Source: Nitrosopumilaceae archaeon
Lineage (GTDB): Archaea; Thermoproteota; Nitrososphaeria; Nitrososphaerales; Nitrosopumilaceae
Direction of reading: 5' to 3'
Length of the DNA: 64,000 nt
NCBI GenBank assembly: GCA_052389415.1
Contig: JBQTHX010000030.1
Span: 48,590-112,589, forward strand
A program made the position numbers and the translations under genes. This document shows, piece by piece, positions 57,927 through 64,000 of the stretch. Below the pieces are notes generated by a model. The model did not search any database and was not told the DNA's origin. It worked only from the letters and a program-made list of their open reading frames with translations. The stretch's first letter is position 1; the number at the start of each line of letters is the position of its first letter.

Positions 57927-59117
57927 TTACTTTCCTGACTTTATCTTAATTTGGGAGTCATTAATTATCTTTTTTTCAAGTCTATCGTCTAATGGAATTT
58001 CAAGTAAATCCCCCATTCGTAGGTTCTTTAGTCCTGTTGCGACAGATTTCGCTTGTTCATCATTTTGCTCCAAACCCAAAAGTGACATGAGATAGGCAGC
58101 ACCATTTTTTCCTGCAAGTTCTCCAAAGACTATCCTTCTCCTGTTGCCTACAATTTTAGGCTCAATTGGTTCGTATGCAGCAGGATTTCTAAGAATTGCT
58201 GCTAAATGAGTACCAGCTTTGTGTTTGTAGGCTGTGGCACCCACTATTGGCTTGGAATCATATGGCTTGATATCAGTATATTGTTCAATTAATCGTGAGA
58301 GATCCATTAGCATATCTAATCTAAAATTATTTGGTGATTTGTATAGATAAGTAAGTGCCACTGCCGTCTCTGCCAATGCCGGGATTCCTGTTCGTTCACC
58401 AATTCCATCTATGGTGGTATGAATCTGGTCTGCACCACCATCACATCCTGCAAAAGCATTTGCTAATGCTAGCCCAATATCATTATGACAATGAACATCA
58501 AGCGGAGTCTTTATTTGCTCACGCACAGTTTTTACAAGATAATGCATCCCTACAGGTCTCATAATTCCAACAGTGTCTGGAATGCTTATCCGGTCTACAC
58601 CAGCTTCCTCAATTGCTTTACACATTTTGATCAAAAATGCTGGCTCAGCTCTACTGGCATCTTCCATAGTAAATCGCATTTTCAAACCATGTGATTTTGC
58701 GTACTCTACTGCTTCAACCGCACGCCGTAGCGCTTCTTCTCTTGAAATTCTCAATTTGTCTTTTAGATGAATGTCCGACATGCCAAGATATGTTGCCATC
58801 CATACAGCGTCACAATCAATTGCAACATCGATATCTTCCTTTAATGCACGCACGTGCGCAACTATGTCTGCTTTCAATCCTTGTTTGATTATTGTTTTCG
58901 TCGCTTCCTTGTGATCACTTGATACTACAGGAGAGATCTCTATCTGATCAACTCCAAAATAATCAAGCATCCATGCGATCTGAATCCGTTGTTTATTTGA
59001 AAAGGTAACTCCTGGATGCTGTTCGCCTTCTCTTAGTGTACTATCTAGTATGTGAATTTTCTTTGGTTTTGTGCCCATTGCATTATACTGATTTGCGTAG
59101 TAATTCGGATCTGTCAT
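57927..59117 (-). CDS. homocitrate synthase (LeuA/HCS family)
   Basis: DSTLREGEQ, PDTVG, HCHND, GIGERTG, HKAGTH; no LeuA regulatory domain; lies in the lys sub-operon; ATG 59117 fits the TATA spacing. Confidence 0.85.
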   Translation of the reverse strand: MTDPNYYANQYNAMGTKPKKIHILDSTLREGEQHPGVTFSNKQRIQIAWMLDYFGVDQIEISPVVSSDHKEATKTIIKQGLKADIVAHVRALKEDIDVAIDCDAVWMATYLGMSDIHLKDKLRISREEALRRAVEAVEYAKSHGLKMRFTMEDASRAEPAFLIKMCKAIEEAGVDRISIPDTVGIMRPVGMHYLVKTVREQIKTPLDVHCHNDIGLALANAFAGCDGGADQIHTTIDGIGERTGIPALAETAVALTYLYKSPNNFRLDMLMDLSRLIEQYTDIKPYDSKPIVGATAYKHKAGTHLAAILRNPAAYEPIEPKIVGNRRRIVFGELAGKNGAAYLMSLLGLEQNDEQAKSVATGLKNLRMGDLLEIPLDDRLEKKIINDSQIKIKSGK

Positions 59118-59143
59118 TGCTAATTTAGTACAAAAATTTACTG

Positions 59144-59173
59144 AATATAAACATATTCGTACTATTTTCGTCT
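59144..59173 (-). promoter_or_regulatory. internal promoter (TTTATATT) with upstream LysM-like box
   Basis: Plus strand GTACTATTTTCGTCT (59159-59173) is 12/15 identical to the palindrome GTACGA-TTT-TCGTAC; TATA at 59144-59151; located just downstream of lysM. Confidence 0.6.
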
Positions 59174-59234
59174 GATCTGACTCCATTCATATCGATCTTC
59201 GTCCTATCTGGAAAAAAGATTCTGAATTTCGTTT

Positions 59235-59654
59235 TTACGTTACAGTACGCAAAATTATGACGGTGTTAGTGTCAAAAACTCCAGGAACCTTGCGAAGAGA
59301 ATCGATACATGCGTTAATGTTTGTTATATTGGGTGCTTGAATTATCACTGCAATGTCGTACTGCCCAGTTATTTCATAAACAGTATTTACTCCTTGAAGC
59401 TTTGTTAATTTTGCAGAAACTTTTGATGTATCAATTGAAGAATCAACCGAGATTAAAATAATCGCACTCGTTGCATTTGCATCGCCAGTTTCTATTGTAA
59501 ATTTTTTTATTATTCCGCCATCAACAAGATTTTTGACTCTTCTTCTAACTGCGGATTCTGAAAGTCCCATTTTTTGACCTATCTCAACAAATGACTCTCT
59601 AGAGTTTTTTTTCAATGTCTCGATTATGAATTCATCTGTTCTGTCTCTAGACAT
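59235..59654 (-). CDS. lysM: Lrp/AsnC-family regulator LysM
   Basis: NSRESFVEIG...LSESAVRRRVKNL, YEITGQYDI, TNTVIIL; lies within the lys cluster. Confidence 0.9.
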   Translation of the reverse strand: MSRDRTDEFIIETLKKNSRESFVEIGQKMGLSESAVRRRVKNLVDGGIIKKFTIETGDANATSAIILISVDSSIDTSKVSAKLTKLQGVNTVYEITGQYDIAVIIQAPNITNINACIDSLRKVPGVFDTNTVIILRTVT

Positions 59655-60822
59655 TTCTACGCTTTTCCTCTCTGCCTAATACTGCATCAAGTACTTCTAA
59701 AGCTTTGTCTATATCAGACTCTGAGATTACAAGTGGAGGCAAAAGTCTTAGGATGTTTTTTCCTGAGTATAAAAATAAAATCCCATTAGCTATTCCATCA
59801 AATAAGATATCTTTGACTTCAAACTTGAGCTCCACTCCTATCATCAAGCCTTTGCCACGGATTTCACGAACTATCCTGTGTTTTTCTTTTAATTTCTCCA
59901 ATCCTTCTTGAAATTTCTCTCCAAGCTTTGCGGCATTTTCAACTAGTCTGTCCTGAGTTAAAGCATCTATTGTAGCTATTCCTGCAGCACATGAGAGAGG
60001 ATTGCCACCAAAAGTTGAGGATTGTTCTCCTTTACTTATACAAGCAAGAATTTCTGGTTTGACCAACGTTGCACCCATAGGCACTCCTCCGGCTATTCCC
60101 TTTGCAAGACACATGATGTCTGGAGTTGTTTTCCAGTGCTCGCCTGCCCACATTTTCCCTGTCCTTCCAAGTCCAGACTGAATTTCATCAAAGATCAACA
60201 GTATTCCTTTTTCATCACACAATTTTCTTGTTTCTTGAAGAAAACCATCTGGAGCGACATGAATACCGCTCTCTCCCTGAATCGGTTCAACTATTATGAA
60301 TCCAGTATCGGAGTTCACATTAGATCTTAGTGCATCAATATCTCCAAATGGAGAAAATGAAACTTTTTCTACAAGCGGTTCAAACGACTTGCGATATTTT
60401 GGATTAAATGTTAATGAAAGCGAACCAAGTGATTTTCCATGATAAGATCCATTTAATGCAAGCATTCCTGATTTTCCAGTAAACTTTCTTGCAAACTTTA
60501 TTGCAGCTTCAACAGACTCTGTTCCGCTGTTGTTCAGGTATGCTTGGCTTAGACTTTTTGGAGAAATTTTTATCAATTTCTCAAGAAACTCTTCACGGGT
60601 CTTGTTGTAAAGCGAACTGTGGACCGTAATTATTTTTTCAAGCTGATCCTGTAGAGCTTTTACGACACGTGGATTACGATGACCAACTAAAGCAACCCCA
60701 TATCCTCCCATGCAGTCGACATATTCTTTTCCATTTATGTCCCAAACATGAGCTCCAAGACCTCGTTCTATAGTAACAGGAAATCTTTGGTATATGTTTC
60801 CCATAAATTCGTCTTCAGTCAT
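59647..60822 (-). CDS. lysJ: LysW-semialdehyde aminotransferase (LysJ/ArgD)
   Basis: NSGTESVEAAIKFAR, EPIQGE, FDEIQSGLGRTG, LAKGIAGG, STFGGNPL, LRLLPPL; ATG 60822 overlaps the lysZ stop. Confidence 0.92.
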   Translation of the reverse strand: MTEDEFMGNIYQRFPVTIERGLGAHVWDINGKEYVDCMGGYGVALVGHRNPRVVKALQDQLEKIITVHSSLYNKTREEFLEKLIKISPKSLSQAYLNNSGTESVEAAIKFARKFTGKSGMLALNGSYHGKSLGSLSLTFNPKYRKSFEPLVEKVSFSPFGDIDALRSNVNSDTGFIIVEPIQGESGIHVAPDGFLQETRKLCDEKGILLIFDEIQSGLGRTGKMWAGEHWKTTPDIMCLAKGIAGGVPMGATLVKPEILACISKGEQSSTFGGNPLSCAAGIATIDALTQDRLVENAAKLGEKFQEGLEKLKEKHRIVREIRGKGLMIGVELKFEVKDILFDGIANGILFLYSGKNILRLLPPLVISESDIDKALEVLDAVLGREEKRRNV

Positions 60823-61619
60823 TTTGAAATCACCGTACAATTGTCGTTTGCAATTGCTACTGATATTGGATTTTCTCTCTGGCCATTTGAGATAAGAGCT
60901 TGTTGTACACCCATTTCTAGCGCTTCGGTAGCCGCTAGCACTTTCTTTTCCATTCCAAACCCAATCTTTGGGAGGATCTCTTTTGCCTCTGCTAGACTCA
61001 AATTTTTAACAAGCTTTTCATTCATTAACAATCCATCAACATTGGTCAAAAAAAGTATCTTGTCTGATTTCATAATTCCAGCAACATACGCTGCCGCCCT
61101 GTCACCATCTACATTAAGAAAGTCAAACTCCTCACTAATCGCAATTGGAGATATGACTGGAACATATCCTTGGTCTAATAATGATTTTATCAGACTAGTG
61201 TTTACGTTTTTTATCTTTCCAGTATAACCGCCATCAATTGCCATTTTTCTGCCCTTCTCATTGATTATCAGAAGTTTTTTCTTTCTTTCTGCCTGAATTA
61301 TTTGTCCATCTACACCTGATAGTCCTACTGCATTGATTCCATTTTTTTGCAACATGCGAACGATCATCTTGTTTATCTTTCCTGACATTACCATGGCAAA
61401 AATTTCTGCTGTCTCTTTGTCAGTATATCTGCTTTTTATTCCCCCAGGAGAAACAATGAATTTTGGTTCTTTACCAAGCGCTTCAGAAATTTTTGTTACT
61501 TCTTTACCTCCTCCATGTACAAGAATTATTTTTTCTTTTTGTGATACATTTTTGAGATCAGAAATTGTTGATGGATGAAGACCATCTACAACACTTCCTC
61601 CAATCTTAATTGTGATCAT
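60819..61619 (-). CDS. lysZ: LysW-aminoadipate/glutamate kinase (LysZ/ArgB)
   Basis: IKIGGS, VHGGG, SPGG..SRYTD, GGYTGK, LNVDGDRAA, GMEKK. Confidence 0.93.
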   Translation of the reverse strand: MITIKIGGSVVDGLHPSTISDLKNVSQKEKIILVHGGGKEVTKISEALGKEPKFIVSPGGIKSRYTDKETAEIFAMVMSGKINKMIVRMLQKNGINAVGLSGVDGQIIQAERKKKLLIINEKGRKMAIDGGYTGKIKNVNTSLIKSLLDQGYVPVISPIAISEEFDFLNVDGDRAAAYVAGIMKSDKILFLTNVDGLLMNEKLVKNLSLAEAKEILPKIGFGMEKKVLAATEALEMGVQQALISNGQRENPISVAIANDNCTVISK

Positions 61620-61623
61620 TTTT

Positions 61624-62676
61624 TTACACAGGTGTTAGCGGTGAATAATGAAGACCTTCCATCTCATCAAAGCCTGCCATCACATTCATATTTTGTATTG
61701 CAGAACCTGCAGCTCCTTTCATAAGATTGTCTGATGCTGACAATACAACTAATCTATTGTTGTCTTCATCTATGTCAAAACCAACATCACAGAAATTAGA
61801 TCCTACTACAAACTTTGGATCTGGAAACTTGTAGAATCCCTTTTTATCTCTAATCAATCTGATGAATTTTTCATTCTGATATTGTTCACGGTACATCTTC
61901 CAAAGATCCATCTCAGTTACCTGGGTTGTAAGAAAAGTGTGATTTGTACACAGAATTCCTCTCACTATATCTACTGCATGAGGACTCATCGATACCTTGA
62001 TTTTTTTTCCAGCAGCTATGCTCAATTCCTGCTCAATCTCACCTGTATGTCTATGCTTTGCAGGTTTGTACGGTCGAATTACTCCAGATCTCATTGCATG
62101 GTGTGTTCCTGCAACTGAACCAGCTCCTGCTCCTGATGAGCCAATTTTAGAATCAACTACTATGTGTTCAGTATCAATAATGCCCTTTTTCACAAGTGGA
62201 TAAAGAGCTAAAAGTGATGTTACTGCCATGCATCCAGGGCACGAAACAAGTTGGGCCTTTTTAATCTCTTCCCTGTGGAATTCCGGTACTCCAAAAACTG
62301 ATCTTGATAAAAGTTCAGGGTGTGGATGCTGCCAACCATACCATTTATCATAATCAGCAGCATTGTGTAATCGATAATCTGCACTAAGATCAATTACTTT
62401 CATTCCTCTGTCGTAGAGTGCCTTTACTATCTCAGTTGCCGTCCCATGAGGAACTGCAGTAAAAACTAGATCACACTTGTCTGACATCTTGTCATAATCA
62501 AGCTCAGAAAATGTCAAATCAATGAAACCTTTCAGACTTGGTTGAATCCTTGAGATGTATTCTCCTACATACTGTCTTGATGTGACCATTGAAATTTCTA
62601 CTTTGGGATGACTTACAAGTAACCTTAGCATTTCTCCACCGACGTAACCTGATGCACCTATTACTCCTATCCGCAT
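61624..62676 (-). CDS. lysY: LysW-gamma-acyl-phosphate reductase (LysY/ArgC)
   Basis: GASGYVG, DLSADYR, SCPGC, GSSGAG, HRHTGEI, GSNFCD, DNLMKGAAG. Confidence 0.94.
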   Translation of the reverse strand: MRIGVIGASGYVGGEMLRLLVSHPKVEISMVTSRQYVGEYISRIQPSLKGFIDLTFSELDYDKMSDKCDLVFTAVPHGTATEIVKALYDRGMKVIDLSADYRLHNAADYDKWYGWQHPHPELLSRSVFGVPEFHREEIKKAQLVSCPGCMAVTSLLALYPLVKKGIIDTEHIVVDSKIGSSGAGAGSVAGTHHAMRSGVIRPYKPAKHRHTGEIEQELSIAAGKKIKVSMSPHAVDIVRGILCTNHTFLTTQVTEMDLWKMYREQYQNEKFIRLIRDKKGFYKFPDPKFVVGSNFCDVGFDIDEDNNRLVVLSASDNLMKGAAGSAIQNMNVMAGFDEMEGLHYSPLTPV

Positions 62677-62706
62677 TGATACTCCTCTAGCATAACATAG
62701 TATAAT

Positions 62707-63564
62707 TTATCTTATAGCTGACTTGACAGCAAAATCAATCATCTCTTTTGGAATATTCTTTTTTGTCACTTTTGCCAAGCCTTTGAACTCTACAGTGTTG
62801 TTGATTTCATGCACTACTAGTCCCCGTTTTTCATCTTCCATTAAATCAACTCCAAGTATTCCGCCTCCAACTGCCTTGGATGCATTAATACAAATATCTT
62901 CAAGCTCCTTTGTTATTTCACAAGGCACAGGTTCTGCCCCAAGTGCTATGTTTGTTTTAAAACCTCCTGATGAAGTTCGATACATCGCAGCGATAACCTG
63001 GTCTCCTACAGAAATTGCTCGAATGTCACGTGGTGGACGATTTACCATTTCTTGTAAATAATAAATTCTATCTAGTGGGCCATCACTGAGTTCCCTTACT
63101 TCGATTATTGCATCTGCAGTATCTCTGTCCTTTAAGGCCATGACTCCTCTTCCCCAACTTCCAACTACGGGTTTTATGACCATTGGATATCCTACCTTCT
63201 CAAGGTTCTCAAGGGCTGTCTCAGATGAGAATGAAAAGTAAGTTTTTGGCGTAGGTACGTTGTGTTTTTTTAACAAAAGAGAGGTTATCATTTTGTTACC
63301 GCAATTACTAGCCACTGCAAATTTGTTTATGACTGGAACTTCAAGAAATTCTAGACATGCAGTAAAGTGTAGACCGCGAAAATAGCTAACACATCTTTCA
63401 AGAACGATATCGCCAAAATCAAAATCGCTTTTCTTACTTTCAGTATTGATTTGTGTTATCTTTGCATCAATCATCTTTGTATCGTGACCAAGCTCGATTG
63501 CTTCTTTCTCGAGCATTTTTTCCTCTAATCTAACTCTATCAAACACGACACGAATCTTTGACAT
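62707..63564 (-). CDS. argX: glutamate--LysW ligase (ATP-grasp, ArgX type)
   Basis: ERCVS, KPVVGSWGR, FKTNIALGA, EINNTVEFKGL (Gly-hydrophobic signature as in ArgX); downstream of argG. Confidence 0.8.
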   Translation of the reverse strand: MSKIRVVFDRVRLEEKMLEKEAIELGHDTKMIDAKITQINTESKKSDFDFGDIVLERCVSYFRGLHFTACLEFLEVPVINKFAVASNCGNKMITSLLLKKHNVPTPKTYFSFSSETALENLEKVGYPMVIKPVVGSWGRGVMALKDRDTADAIIEVRELSDGPLDRIYYLQEMVNRPPRDIRAISVGDQVIAAMYRTSSGGFKTNIALGAEPVPCEITKELEDICINASKAVGGGILGVDLMEDEKRGLVVHEINNTVEFKGLAKVTKKNIPKEMIDFAVKSAIR

Positions 63565-63732
63565 TTATTCTCCCCAATCTTCTCCAACTTTTTCCGCTTG
63601 CTTTAGCTGGCATGTAGAACCATTCTTTGATGCTATCTCGAAATCTGCTCCACAATCAGGGCATGAAACTATTTCTCCAACGGTTGCATCTTCTGGAACA
63701 TTTAATTTTGCATCACATTCTGGGCAATTCAT
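63565..63732 (-). CDS. lysW: LysW amino-group carrier protein, copy 1, canonical EDWGE end (below ORF-track cutoff)
   Basis: MNCPECDAKLNVPEDATVGEIVSCPDCGADFEIASKNGSTCQLKQAEKVGEDWGE. Confidence 0.96.
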   Translation of the reverse strand: MNCPECDAKLNVPEDATVGEIVSCPDCGADFEIASKNGSTCQLKQAEKVGEDWGE

Positions 63733-63743
63733 TTTTTACTCTT

Positions 63744-64000
63744 TCACCTCTTTTTTAGTAATTTATTAGCTTCTGTGGATTGCATTCCCCACAGCTCGAC
63801 AAATCCTTTTGCCAAAGTTTGGTCGAAGGTCGAACTAGATCCGTATGTTGCCAAGTCATGGCTATACAATGAATAATCTGATTTTCTTCCAACAACTCTT
63901 AGACTTCCTTTGAACATCTTCAGCTTTACAGTTCCGTTTACTCTCTTTTGTGAGGTATTGATAAACATATCTAAATCAGATCTTAATGGATCCTGCCATA
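63744..64000 (-). CDS. argG: argininosuccinate synthase, C-terminal end (5' part outside window)
   Basis: WQDPLRSDLD.FI..SQKRVNGTVKLKMFKG...VGRKS.YSLY..LATY...FDQ..AKGFVELWG. Confidence 0.92.
   Translation of the reverse strand, partial: WQDPLRSDLDMFINTSQKRVNGTVKLKMFKGSLRVVGRKSDYSLYSHDLATYGSSSTFDQTLAKGFVELWGMQSTEANKLLKKR

Noticed and set aside
172-63061. Numerous 60-185 aa antisense or out-of-frame ORFs in the track (e.g. 172-546, 17544-17978, 25864-26334, 39371-39925, 60748-61227)
   Set aside because: They overlap well-supported genes and have shadow-ORF composition without motifs
1-64000. CRISPR array, transposase, integrase or provirus
   Set aside because: No regularly spaced repeats and no ORF with recognisable mobile-element motifs; gene content is core

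Overview
This is an AT-rich archaeal chromosomal segment, almost certainly from an ammonia-oxidising thaumarchaeon (Nitrososphaerota, Nitrosopumilales-like). The assignment rests on a eukaryote-type topoisomerase IB, the ADP-forming 3-hydroxypropionyl-CoA synthetase/dehydratase pair, a TFE-beta/RPC34 homolog, S30e and the LysW-type Arg/Lys cluster. Most of the window is core genome: tetrapyrrole genes (hemL-hemC-cobA-hemD), suf Fe-S assembly, pgk, RNA modification genes (rlmE, trm1, fibrillarin, nop5, ksgA), pyrDK, radA-rpl21e-rpo4, gdhA, dnaG, ribK/ribL, dph5, and argG-lysW-argX-lysYZJ-lysM-hcs-lysW-lysX-lysK. I found no CRISPR array, transposase or integrase. Features read directly from the sequence and missing from the ORF track are two tRNAs (one with a non-canonical 30/31 BHB intron), five small genes including both LysW carriers, a decayed TBP gene fragment and several promoter palindromes. 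The most notable observation is a two-carrier LysW system. The carrier in the lysine branch ends in EDWGQ instead of the chemically required EDWGE, and its sub-operon sits behind a LysM-like box. Other leads are a perfect palindrome between the TATA box and start of radA, an OLD-family ATPase with a degenerate TOPRIM site, and a winged-helix-fused FAD synthetase. All family calls come from motif recognition without database searches.
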